Positions 17,347-26,436 of a stretch of DNA of 46,082 nt are shown here, piece by piece. This stretch comes from Minisyncoccota bacterium (GTDB lineage Bacteria > Patescibacteriota > Minisyncoccia > Phycocordibacterales > UBA9973). Below the pieces are notes generated by a model, which saw only the letters and a list, made by a program, of their open reading frames with translations, searched no databases and was not told the origin of the DNA. The DNA lies in contig JBAYHW010000006.1 of assembly GCA_041665925.1 (NCBI GenBank), forward strand, positions 1-46,082. Reading direction: 5' to 3'. The position numbers and the translations under genes were made by a program. Positions within the stretch are counted from its first letter, which is position 1. Every line of letters begins with the position of its first letter.

Positions 17347-19284
17347 CTATTTTTTCTTTTTTATATTCCTTGTAAGAGCCCGGAGAACAATATCAAGCTC
17401 CATTGTAGCCACCCCCACAACTGTATCTGCTCCTCCGTAGTATATATAGAGTAATTTATCTTTTATCACCATCCCGCAAGGGAAAACAACGCTGTTTACT
17501 ACTCCAACCTTTTCATACTGCTCTTCTGGCTCAAATATTGGGTCTGTAGTGCGCGCTAAGACAATAGCCGGATCATTGAGGTCAAGTAGTACTGCCCCAA
17601 CCCTGTAAGTATGATGGTTCTTAGAAATACCATGATAAAGGAGCAGCCAACCATATTTAGTCTTCAGTGGTGGAGCCGAAATGCCAACTTTTAAACTATC
17701 CCAGGAGTTTATTCGCGGGCCAATAATTCTGATACATTTATTAACAGTTTCTGTTTTAAAATTAAGTGTTTTTATATAATCTCCACATATCTCATCCCCG
17801 ACTCGGTGAAGGATAAAATACTTACCTTGGGTTTTTTCTGGAAAAATACAAGTATCCTTATCATCCAGACCTGCCGGAGTAATGAGAATTGGTTTTTCCC
17901 ATTGCCAATTTTTCTGTAGAAAATTTTTCTCCAATATGGAAGTTATAGCTACTCGTGGTGGACCAATGCCATCAAAGGCGGTATAACACATATAAATGGT
18001 TTTCTCTATCTTAGTGAGTCGTGGGTCTTCGCAACCTGAATTCCCGCCTGTAACCTTTTTCAATTCAAAATCTTCTCTAGGTATGTAAACAGGAGCACTT
18101 TGTCTTTCATCAATAGTGACACCATCTTTTGATGATGCATATCCTATAGATGAAGTATTGTCTTTAGATAGTGCCCTGTATAAAATGTGGGTCGTGTTTT
18201 TTATTCGCAATGCCGCAGGGTTAAAAGTAGCTTGAGCTTCCCAGGCATTGTTGGGATTTGGAGTAATAATTGGATTTTTAGCAGATCTAAGAAAGTGCCA
18301 CTTTGGTGCAGTTTCGGGACGCATGGTCCCAATAAGGTCGGTAATGTTCACGTGAGCCATGCAAGTCGTTGTGTCTGCAGCCCCATAATATATAAAAAGT
18401 GTGTCTTTTTCTAAGATTGCGCCAGATGGGAAAACTATGTCAGGCACGTGCCCTAAAAGTTCGTAGGATTCTCGCGGGACTAATATCGGACCCCTGGTGT
18501 GTCCTGTAATTTTTTGTGGGTTATTGACATCCAACAACACAGCCTCCACCCCGAAAATTCTCTCAAAATTATTTCCCGAAGGAAAGTAATTTTGAATATG
18601 AGAATATAGAAACAACCAACCATGAGAAGTCTTTATGGGGGTCGCCCCCACTTCTACGTGATCAGATGCAACTCTTTTGAGATCAATTGTATGTTTATCA
18701 ATATTGTTATACCAATCTGCCCAAAAATTTTGATCCCACAATTCTTCAATATTCTCCACTTGGGCCAGTGCGATTTTCGCAGGAGGCATATCGGTATTCA
18801 CTGTTAGGATTACAGTAACTTTTCCGTCTACCCGCTCCGGAAAGAGTGTCATAGCTTTAGCATTAAACGGAGTCACCAAATGTCTTTCATTTACTTTCTT
18901 TAAGTCTTTAGAAATTGCGACAGCGACTTTAATTCCACTCGCCTCAAAGGGGTATTTAGAAAGTGCTGTATAAAATATATAATAATTACCTTCAAAATAC
19001 GTAATTCTGGGATCTTCACACCCGTATTTTTCCCAATCTTCTGTGGGAGTAATAAATGGCACCCGTTCTTCAAAATGAATATTGTCCTTGCCTTTACCTA
19101 TACCTATAATAGAAAGTTGTTCTGGAGTACGAAGTTTGTCTTCTGACCCTATGGCTCGATATACCCCGTAATACGTTTTACCTTTTTTCACGACACTCAT
19201 ATTAAAAGTCGCAAAATCTTCCCAATAATGGTCTCGGTATGGATCAAGAATTGGATTATGGTGCGATCTTTTTAATACGTACAT
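17347..19284 (-). CDS. Tandem two-domain GH130-like glycosidase / mannoside phosphorylase
   Basis: Two repeats, each with ATFN, GCEDPR, LFPE and YYGAAD/YYGGAD motifs. Confidence 0.85.
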   Translation of the reverse strand: MYVLKRSHHNPILDPYRDHYWEDFATFNMSVVKKGKTYYGVYRAIGSEDKLRTPEQLSIIGIGKGKDNIHFEERVPFITPTEDWEKYGCEDPRITYFEGNYYIFYTALSKYPFEASGIKVAVAISKDLKKVNERHLVTPFNAKAMTLFPERVDGKVTVILTVNTDMPPAKIALAQVENIEELWDQNFWADWYNNIDKHTIDLKRVASDHVEVGATPIKTSHGWLFLYSHIQNYFPSGNNFERIFGVEAVLLDVNNPQKITGHTRGPILVPRESYELLGHVPDIVFPSGAILEKDTLFIYYGAADTTTCMAHVNITDLIGTMRPETAPKWHFLRSAKNPIITPNPNNAWEAQATFNPAALRIKNTTHILYRALSKDNTSSIGYASSKDGVTIDERQSAPVYIPREDFELKKVTGGNSGCEDPRLTKIEKTIYMCYTAFDGIGPPRVAITSILEKNFLQKNWQWEKPILITPAGLDDKDTCIFPEKTQGKYFILHRVGDEICGDYIKTLNFKTETVNKCIRIIGPRINSWDSLKVGISAPPLKTKYGWLLLYHGISKNHHTYRVGAVLLDLNDPAIVLARTTDPIFEPEEQYEKVGVVNSVVFPCGMVIKDKLLYIYYGGADTVVGVATMELDIVLRALTRNIKKKK

Positions 19285-19287
19285 AAT

Positions 19288-20406
19288 TTATTCGCCTTTC
19301 TTTAGTTTGGAGACTTTGTGACTTTTGAGTTCTTCTAAGAATTTATCCAGATTCGCCGTAGCCACACAAGACACTGTGTCTGCTCCGCCGTAATATACGA
19401 AAAGTTTCCCGTCTTTTACTACAGCTCCACAAGAATAAACAGTGCCAGCTTTATAACCCTCATTTTCATACCACAGATCTGGGGCTAATATCGGATCTTC
19501 GTTTTTGTAAAGAATCTTAGTTGGATCTTTGCTGTCTAAAATCATTGCCCATAATTTGTATCTACCTGGATCATTTTTTTCAATTTTATGATACAAAATA
19601 AGCCAACCTATTTTAGTCTTAATTGGTGAAGGACCAATTCCACGCGTCAAGCCATCGCGCAGTTTCCAAAGAGGACTATTTTGGTGCACACTGTGAATAA
19701 ATTTTTTACCATCCAATTCTCGCAGATCCTTAAAGTAATCAATCATTATTTTAGGAGAGATTGCATGTAAAATTGCATATTTCCCTTTAATTTTTTCTGG
19801 GAAAAGCGCCCAATTCTTATGTATCTCTCCCGGAGGGGAAATTAACACCGGCTCTCGCCAAGAAAAGCGTTTGTTTATAAAATCTTCCAAACTTACAGAA
19901 GTAAGTGCAATTCTGACTGACCCCCAACCATCAAAAGCGGTATAAAGCATATACACCATACCTCCTAAGAGTGTTAGCCTTGGGTCTTCGCACCCACCAC
20001 CCCAACCGCCCCCAGAAGATGTGATTTGTGGTACTGATTTCCTGTCAGGATTAAATTTAGCTTTCGCATAATACGCGAGCTGTTTAGAATTGTTGTCGAA
20101 ATATATTCCATCGTTGGATTTGGCATATCCCAGGACTGACATATCTCTGTCTCCTATCGCCCGATAAATAACGTGTATCTTACCGTCGCTGTAAATAGCG
20201 CTCGGATTAAAGGTGGCTTTCGACTCCCAGTAAACGTTCTCCGCTGGTTCTATTATGGGGTTTTTCTTTGACCTTTCTAGTTTCAGTGAAGATTTCTTTT
20301 TTAGTATTTTTCTCTTTAGAACTGTTCTCTTTTTAGCAGTTTTTACTGTTTTTTTCTTTATGACCTTCTTTTTTATGATTTTTTTCTTCTTTTTTAAGAC
20401 AGCCAT
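19288..20406 (-). CDS. GH130-like glycosidase with a Lys-rich N-terminal extension
   Basis: ATFNPSA, GCEDPRL, HKNWALFPE, YYGGAD; first ~45 aa are polybasic. Confidence 0.85.
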   Translation of the reverse strand: MAVLKKKKKIIKKKVIKKKTVKTAKKRTVLKRKILKKKSSLKLERSKKNPIIEPAENVYWESKATFNPSAIYSDGKIHVIYRAIGDRDMSVLGYAKSNDGIYFDNNSKQLAYYAKAKFNPDRKSVPQITSSGGGWGGGCEDPRLTLLGGMVYMLYTAFDGWGSVRIALTSVSLEDFINKRFSWREPVLISPPGEIHKNWALFPEKIKGKYAILHAISPKIMIDYFKDLRELDGKKFIHSVHQNSPLWKLRDGLTRGIGPSPIKTKIGWLILYHKIEKNDPGRYKLWAMILDSKDPTKILYKNEDPILAPDLWYENEGYKAGTVYSCGAVVKDGKLFVYYGGADTVSCVATANLDKFLEELKSHKVSKLKKGE

Positions 20407-20444
20407 ACGTCTATATTATATAACTAAACGACTTTTTAACCAAT

Positions 20445-21809
20445 CTATTTTCGTATTAACCCTAGGAATTCTTGGGTTTTCTGATTCATTAAATCTTCCG
20501 TTTTAGCCTCTACGTTTAAGCGTATAAGGGGCTGGGTATTGGAAGAGCGCACATTTGCTCGCCAGTCATTGTATTCAACAGAAACACCATCAGTATGGTC
20601 AATCTTAGCGTCTTTAAATTGAGTCTCTATTAGTCTAAAAATTTTATCAGCGTCCTCAAAAGTTTTTAAGTCAGTATTGATTTCTCCTGAAATGAAATAA
20701 TTTTTGAAATAGTCGTCAAATAATTCTGAAACTTTTTTATTGGATTCTGAAATTATTTGAAGTAAAAGCAAAAACGGAATTAAACCATTGTCCGCATAGT
20801 AAAAGTCATTAAAATAAAAGTGTCCGCTTCCCTCTCCACCAAATACAGCATCTTCTTTCCTCATCCTTTCTTTGATAAAACTGTGACCCACCTTATTCAG
20901 TAATGATACCCCTCCAGCTTCATTTACTGCATCAACAACTGCCCACGTTCCCCTGGGCTCATAAACAATTTTTGCCCCTTTGTGGTTTCTGCAAAAATAT
21001 TCGCCTAAAAATGCTGTTAAATAATATCCCGGAATTAATCGTGCATTTTCATCAAAAAGAAAAAATCTGTCAGCATCCCCATCCCAAGCAACACCCATAT
21101 CTACTTTTTCTTTTTTTATTAATTCTTCTGTCTCTGTTCTGTTTTCTTTAAGAAATGGATCTGGTGGACCTTTAGGGAAGCTTCCGTCTGGAATTTCATT
21201 TAATGGAATAATTTCAAGGGGTAAATTTAATTTTTTAAGATTCTGAATAGCTAAACCAAACATTCCATTTGCCACTACCTTCAATGGCTTTATCTTATTC
21301 CTATCCACGAAACTCAGACACTTTTCTAAATAGTCGTCTAATATATCTTTCGTGGTTACTTTCCCAAGCTTGGAAGCTTTATAAGCATATCCAGATAAAA
21401 CTAGTTGTTTAATATCATTTATTCCGCTATCGCCGGATATGGGCACGGCATTCTTACGAGACATTTTTATTCCATTATATTCTCGTGGATTATGTGAGGC
21501 CGTAATAGTAAGCGCGTCATAGCCATATTCTCCAGAAGCAAAATTATACATGTCCGTACTAATTTCTCCTATATCAATAACGTTCACTCCGTGGTCAATA
21601 AAGCCATTCTTCATAGCTTCAAACAATACCGGGCCGGACAAGCGCACGTCTCTCCCTAGGGCAACAGTTTCTGGTTGGATAAATTTGGCATAAGCCTGAG
21701 CAATTCTGTAAACTACATCTGGGTTAATTTGCTCAGGGTAAACACCACGAACATCGTAGGCATGAAAAATAGTAGGGTCAATAATAATATTTTCTTTATC
21801 TAATGACAT
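20445..21809 (-). CDS. manB: Phosphomannomutase/phosphoglucomutase
   Basis: FHAYDVRG, TASHNP (phosphoserine), DGDADR, GGEGSGH, RSSNTQP. Confidence 0.92.
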   Translation of the reverse strand: MSLDKENIIIDPTIFHAYDVRGVYPEQINPDVVYRIAQAYAKFIQPETVALGRDVRLSGPVLFEAMKNGFIDHGVNVIDIGEISTDMYNFASGEYGYDALTITASHNPREYNGIKMSRKNAVPISGDSGINDIKQLVLSGYAYKASKLGKVTTKDILDDYLEKCLSFVDRNKIKPLKVVANGMFGLAIQNLKKLNLPLEIIPLNEIPDGSFPKGPPDPFLKENRTETEELIKKEKVDMGVAWDGDADRFFLFDENARLIPGYYLTAFLGEYFCRNHKGAKIVYEPRGTWAVVDAVNEAGGVSLLNKVGHSFIKERMRKEDAVFGGEGSGHFYFNDFYYADNGLIPFLLLLQIISESNKKVSELFDDYFKNYFISGEINTDLKTFEDADKIFRLIETQFKDAKIDHTDGVSVEYNDWRANVRSSNTQPLIRLNVEAKTEDLMNQKTQEFLGLIRK

Positions 21810-21810
21810 T

Positions 21811-22308
21811 TTATTTTTTTATTTTTGTGTGCTTTTTTACAATATCTTTTACCAACTTAGATGAACTTCTGACCTTCCCTCCATGCCCTACGTTATATAC
21901 CATATTTATTCCAAGTTTTTTATGAATTTGTTTCTCTTTATACAAAGAAGAATTGGGGTTTTCTGCATCCTTTTCATTTCTGTCTCCACCATTTGCAAAG
22001 ATATGTGGCCTAACCTTTATTAAATCTACACAAATACTCATATCTTTGGTATTTTTTTTGTGACTACTTAAAAGAACCCGATCAACGGCTTCAAATGCCT
22101 CAATTATCTCTTTACGCTCGTGATCGGGCATAAAAACATACCCTTTCTTCTCCCGAAGCCAATGGTCGTTATTTATGACTACGACAAGCTCATCTCCGAG
22201 CTTTTTCGCCTCATTGAATAACCGAACATGCCCTATGTGTACAGGATCGAACCCGCCACTAACCATCACCACTTTTTTAATTTTTTTTGGTGAAGATTTC
22301 TTTTTCAT
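21811..22308 (-). CDS. Cytidylyltransferase/adenylyltransferase (HIGH family)
   Basis: SGGFDPVHIGH, FMPDHER, ANGGDR, SSS motif. Confidence 0.85.
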   Translation of the reverse strand: MKKKSSPKKIKKVVMVSGGFDPVHIGHVRLFNEAKKLGDELVVVINNDHWLREKKGYVFMPDHERKEIIEAFEAVDRVLLSSHKKNTKDMSICVDLIKVRPHIFANGGDRNEKDAENPNSSLYKEKQIHKKLGINMVYNVGHGGKVRSSSKLVKDIVKKHTKIKK

Positions 22309-22322
22309 CGGTACTGTAAAAT

Positions 22323-22997
22323 TTACTTAAGTAAAAATCTAAGAGTGGAAACAACTCTAATTTTCTTGTACTCTGGAGAGCCTGGATCTTTATCGGAAAT
22401 ATCAAACACTCCCTGGTTGCCACGAGCCACCTTGCCAAGACGAGAGCCTGACTCGGAAGCAAACTGTTCGGCACTAGTTTTCGCATTCTTGATAGCTTCG
22501 GCTAACATTTCTGGTTTAACGCTATTGATATCTGAAAATTCAAAAGCAATAGAATTCTGATTTAGAGTGACCCCCTTCTTTACTAGCAATAGAGTATCTT
22601 TGGAAGCTGCTCTTACTGCGTCAACTTTTTTTGTGTAAACAGACAATTGAGTATTAGAATTGTATCTAAACAAGGCATCTTTATAAGTATCTTGATAAAT
22701 ATTAACCGGAGCGACATTTATTTCTGAATCTTCAAAGCCTTTTTCTTTTAAGAAAGTTTTAATTCCGAGAAGGTTTTTTTCAATATCGGCGTACAGTGAA
22801 TCAATGTTATTTGATTTAACTTCAAAGTTTAGAGACCAGATAGCAACATCAGCTTTCACGATCTTCTCAGAAAGACCTTTAACCTCCACATAAGTACCTT
22901 GCTTTGAGAAATCTTTCGCTGCTAAGAAGAAAACCACCGAAAAAATCATCAGTACTGCACCCATAATCCATACACCGTAATTTTTTGTATTATCCAT
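22323..22997 (-). CDS. SIMPL domain-containing membrane-anchored protein
   Basis: N-terminal TM helix, VEVKGLSEKIVKAD, AIKNAKTSAEQFA, KKIRVVST. Confidence 0.8.
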   Translation of the reverse strand: MDNTKNYGVWIMGAVLMIFSVVFFLAAKDFSKQGTYVEVKGLSEKIVKADVAIWSLNFEVKSNNIDSLYADIEKNLLGIKTFLKEKGFEDSEINVAPVNIYQDTYKDALFRYNSNTQLSVYTKKVDAVRAASKDTLLLVKKGVTLNQNSIAFEFSDINSVKPEMLAEAIKNAKTSAEQFASESGSRLGKVARGNQGVFDISDKDPGSPEYKKIRVVSTLRFLLK

Positions 22998-23012
22998 TGA
23001 TTTTAGTAGAAA

Positions 23013-23141
23013 TTATTTTTTAAACTTATTACGTAGAGCTTTCTTCGCCAGCATTGCTCTCTTTATCTCCAAGCGTTTCTTGGTCTTATGTGAACGTCTT
23101 GATTTCTTCTTGGGACTAAGTGTTGTGCCTCTTTTTGCCAT
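23013..23141 (-). CDS. Small, very basic 42-aa protein (not in the ORF track)
   Basis: MAKRGTTLSPKKKSRRSHKTKKRLEIKRAMLAKKALRNKFKK*; ATG-to-TAA ORF co-oriented with, and 15 nt upstream of, the SIMPL gene; AT-rich leader. Confidence 0.7.
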   Translation of the reverse strand: MAKRGTTLSPKKKSRRSHKTKKRLEIKRAMLAKKALRNKFKK

Positions 23142-23237
23142 AAAATGTATTATTGGTTAAATTAATAAGATTACAATAGTATACCCTAAAATACAAAAAA
23201 ACTCAATAATTTAGTTGGAAAAATAATGGGCTTATTG

Positions 23238-23246
23238 TTATCCACA
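23238..23246 (+). promoter_or_regulatory. Perfect DnaA box (intergenic)
   Basis: TTATCCACA. Confidence 0.5.
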
Positions 23247-23317
23247 CCCCCATAGCTTTCATTGCTTCGTTTTAATATAATTATTAAATTAGTAATAATT
23301 AATTAATTTTAAATTAT

Positions 23318-23728
23318 ATGGAACCAAATCAAAACGAGCAAGTTCCCCCAGTGTCTCCACAGGGCAGTGTGGGTGGGTCATCTTTTACTCCTCCCCCTTC
23401 TCCACAGGGCAATATCGGCGGGAATACCGGCCTGGCTATTGTTGCTTACTTGTGGATATTAGTAATAGTTCCACTAGTGGCCAACAAAGACAACGACCCT
23501 TTTGTAAAATTTCACGCTAAGCAAGGGCTCATCCTACTCATCGCCTGGGTGATAGTGAGTGTTTTTAATAGCATGTTGTGGCGAATGACGTTTTCTAGTT
23601 TTGGCATCGGTTCACTCCTCAACCTTGGTTGCTTTATACTTATGATTTTCGGCATTATTAATGCCTCTAGTAGACAAATGAAAGAACTCCCACTTATCGG
23701 GCATTTAGCAAGTAAGTTTACTTTCTAG
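23318..23728 (+). CDS. DUF4870-like membrane protein
   Basis: Pro-rich N-terminus, AIVAYL, FVKFHAKQG, three TM helices, LPLIG. Confidence 0.8.
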   Translation: MEPNQNEQVPPVSPQGSVGGSSFTPPPSPQGNIGGNTGLAIVAYLWILVIVPLVANKDNDPFVKFHAKQGLILLIAWVIVSVFNSMLWRMTFSSFGIGSLLNLGCFILMIFGIINASSRQMKELPLIGHLASKFTF

Positions 23729-23745
23729 CTAGTGAAGTTCGGCGA

Positions 23746-25293
23746 CTAGGGCAATTGTGAAGTCGTCGGGCGGCAAACCCCTTTTGAATCCGCGTCATAC
23801 ACGGCTTTTACTTCTTCTGCTGTTATGGCCTTGGTCGCAATCATTATTTCGTCTATAGCACCATTGAAATACCGACCCGGAAAATATGGGTGGCTGCCGA
23901 TTCTAAGGTTTTGCGCACTCGCAACACGAGAAACCTTTAGGGCTCTCTCTTTTTCTAATACCCCATTCACGTACATTTTTAACCCGGACGAATCCCACGT
24001 TCCCGCCACGAGATACCATGTTCCCGTTTTCACTACTGTGTCCGACGCTACATCGGTGCCTGTTCCAACATAAAAGTGAAATTTATTATCTTTGTTTATT
24101 TGAAGATCAAAATCTTTGCCCTCACTCCCCTTTCCAACAATTTGCATAATGTGAGATGCGGAAGGCAAAGAATCAACTTTGACCCAAGCCATGATGCTGC
24201 CAGCCTTCGTGGGATCGTTGTAAACACTGCTCGAGGCATCCAAGTATGCAGTAACGCCATTAAACACATGCGCGTCTTCTACTTTGCCGGGGGCAGAGGA
24301 GAGACCGCCCCTGGGAAAGCCAATATTATTGTGCTTCCACTCCATGGCTTCGGAATACCAGGCAGTTAACCCCAATGGTTCTTTGGCGCAAAAAGCGCCG
24401 GGTTTGGCTTTGACTGCGTCAGCGCCTTGCGCAACCTCTGGAATTTTAATAAGAAGAGATTGCTTAATGGCATTAAAATCTTCAGCGTATTTTTCAAACA
24501 ATCCCGCGGTGGCGGTAGCAGTCAATACAAAATAATCGCTTCCCGCTAAAACCATATATTGCTTTTGAATTATTTTTAGATCTCCGTGCGAAGTGTCATT
24601 AAAAGTGAACTTTATTTCATGGGCAGGATATCCTTCTGGGGTCACTGTTTCATCCTCGCTTAAAACGAAATAGGACGGTGTATCAGAAATCCATGTCGCC
24701 TTAGAAGCTTCGGCTATTTGTTTTATTGTGGTACCGGGTGCTATGGGAGAGATGCGGGCTACGCTCAGATTGGCAGTAAAATTTTCCTCGGCGGGAGCAC
24801 GAAAGTAATCTGCTCCGTCTTTATCATTGTGGGTCCAAAGCCTGGGGTATGTTAGAGAATAGTATTCGTTCGAAAAAAATTGTTTCTGAGCCTCAGAACT
24901 GATTGGTTCTGTTGATATTTGTACGCTACCCTCACTCGACTGATTAGAAAGTCCGTTTTGGAAAGGCCAAATGTGCTTGTAGTAAGTATATCCGCTTGCG
25001 ACCCCTAAAAGTAAAAAGATGATAAATACCAAAACGTAAAGTCCAGTGTGACTTTTTTTCTGCACATACATACCAGGTGTCATGGTTTGTTGTACTTGTC
25101 GTGGCTGAATAGTCGGCGTAGGGGCTTGAGGTGAAACTGGAATTGAACTCGTAACAGGTATTGGTGAAATCCCCGCTTCTTTTAGATCAGCTTCGCTCCA
25201 GCCACCCGACAAAAGATTTTGATATATTTTCAAGTCAGGCATGCCTTGCATACGAGCCTGTTTTATGTAATCTTGCAATTCTTGAGTAATCAT
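23746..25293 (-). CDS. Membrane-anchored protein with PsbP-like and C-terminal LamG/concanavalin-like domains
   Basis: TM helix near residue 90; YSLTYPRLW...YFVLTATA (PsbP-like); SIMAWVK, WYLVAGTWD, LKMYVNG, FNGAIDE (LamG). Confidence 0.75.
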   Translation of the reverse strand: MITQELQDYIKQARMQGMPDLKIYQNLLSGGWSEADLKEAGISPIPVTSSIPVSPQAPTPTIQPRQVQQTMTPGMYVQKKSHTGLYVLVFIIFLLLGVASGYTYYKHIWPFQNGLSNQSSEGSVQISTEPISSEAQKQFFSNEYYSLTYPRLWTHNDKDGADYFRAPAEENFTANLSVARISPIAPGTTIKQIAEASKATWISDTPSYFVLSEDETVTPEGYPAHEIKFTFNDTSHGDLKIIQKQYMVLAGSDYFVLTATATAGLFEKYAEDFNAIKQSLLIKIPEVAQGADAVKAKPGAFCAKEPLGLTAWYSEAMEWKHNNIGFPRGGLSSAPGKVEDAHVFNGVTAYLDASSSVYNDPTKAGSIMAWVKVDSLPSASHIMQIVGKGSEGKDFDLQINKDNKFHFYVGTGTDVASDTVVKTGTWYLVAGTWDSSGLKMYVNGVLEKERALKVSRVASAQNLRIGSHPYFPGRYFNGAIDEIMIATKAITAEEVKAVYDADSKGVCRPTTSQLP

Positions 25294-25374
25294 TTTTTAT
25301 TATTAAATAGGAGTAAATTTGTTCGACAAAAACTACCTAAATAATAACATTTGGGTATATCAAAATCATCTTGG

Positions 25375-25383
25375 TTATCCACA
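25375..25383 (+). promoter_or_regulatory. Perfect DnaA box (intergenic; a second lies at 25415-25423)
   Basis: TTATCCACA. Confidence 0.5.
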
Positions 25384-25407
25384 TTCTGAAAAAAAGATGT
25401 CAAACAC

Positions 25408-26373
25408 CTACTTTTTATCCACAGAGTAGTCTATGCTATCAGTTATTACTAAGTGACGATAACTTATGTAGTAATTTGCGAGTAGCACGGCTCCGATGAC
25501 CGCTAGGATTATTAATCCGTTTGTAATCAAGTCTTTGTGGTGATTTCGCATTTGTATAAACAAGTAAAGAAGTAGAGCTAAAACCACAATAAAGAAAATA
25601 ATATTTAATATTATATTAGTGGTGTTTCGAGGTGAAGCAAATAATTTCTGCAAGAATGATGGTTGCTTAAATGTATCATCATTGATATTTTCTTCGTTAA
25701 CCACATCCTCGGCTCCGAGGACGTTTGATGAATTTTCTTTTACTAGTTCTGGAAGTTTTTCTACTTTTAGTTTGAAAGATTTACTAGATGAAGTAGGTTT
25801 TGGTATTGGTAGAGGGTTCGCATATACCTGTGCTACGAAGACTGTATTTCGCCCTTGATAGACACCATTTGCTACACCAGTACCCATCTCAGTATAGTTG
25901 CCTTTAACTATGTTGGCCTTATGAGTAGGGCTATTCATCCAAGCTCGAGTAACGTCCTGTGAGTCACTAAAATTGACTGCCAAGTTTTCTCCGGCATACT
26001 GATATTTGTATCCGACTTTTTCAATCCAATACCATGGAGTTTTCCCTTCTGGGCTCGTATGCGCGAAATAGCCTTTCGTCGCCATGTCTTCTGCTTTCAT
26101 TAAAGCCGCTTGGTTTAAAATTGGATTTACAAAAAGAGTTGAGAGATTTTGGATATTGCGTTCAGTGTTAGTTAAACTAGACAATACTGCCGGTAAAACC
26201 GCAGCCATGCCTCCAGTAATGTTAAGTTGGCTAATAGTCGGAATTAAAAAAGAAAATATTTCTAAAAATATAACAACAGCGATGATGTTGCGAGTACTCA
26301 AGTCACGCAAGAAATGCGGACGATGATCGTTCCCTTCGTGTGGAATAAAATGCTTTTTAAACCAAGAAAACAT
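25408..26373 (-). CDS. CAP (SCP) domain membrane protein
   Basis: KAEDMATKGYFAH, AGENLA, WMNSPTHKANI; N- and C-terminal TM helices. Confidence 0.9.
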   Translation of the reverse strand: MFSWFKKHFIPHEGNDHRPHFLRDLSTRNIIAVVIFLEIFSFLIPTISQLNITGGMAAVLPAVLSSLTNTERNIQNLSTLFVNPILNQAALMKAEDMATKGYFAHTSPEGKTPWYWIEKVGYKYQYAGENLAVNFSDSQDVTRAWMNSPTHKANIVKGNYTEMGTGVANGVYQGRNTVFVAQVYANPLPIPKPTSSSKSFKLKVEKLPELVKENSSNVLGAEDVVNEENINDDTFKQPSFLQKLFASPRNTTNIILNIIFFIVVLALLLYLFIQMRNHHKDLITNGLIILAVIGAVLLANYYISYRHLVITDSIDYSVDKK

Positions 26374-26390
26374 GGAAGAATTATAACAAA

Positions 26391-26420
26391 CAAAACCCCA
26401 CCTGTAAAGGCGGGGTTTTG
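26391..26420 (-). terminator. Rho-independent terminator after the 996-aa surface protein gene
   Basis: On the minus strand: CAAAACCCCGCCT-TTAC-AGGTGGGGTTTTG followed by TTTGTT. Confidence 0.8.
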
Positions 26421-26436
26421 TGAAGTTGATTAATAA

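Noticed and set aside
20532-20534. NTQP instead of NTEP in phosphomannomutase, a second apparent E-to-Q change
   Set aside because: This position varies naturally in the family and is not the catalytic residue; no evidence of systematic recoding.
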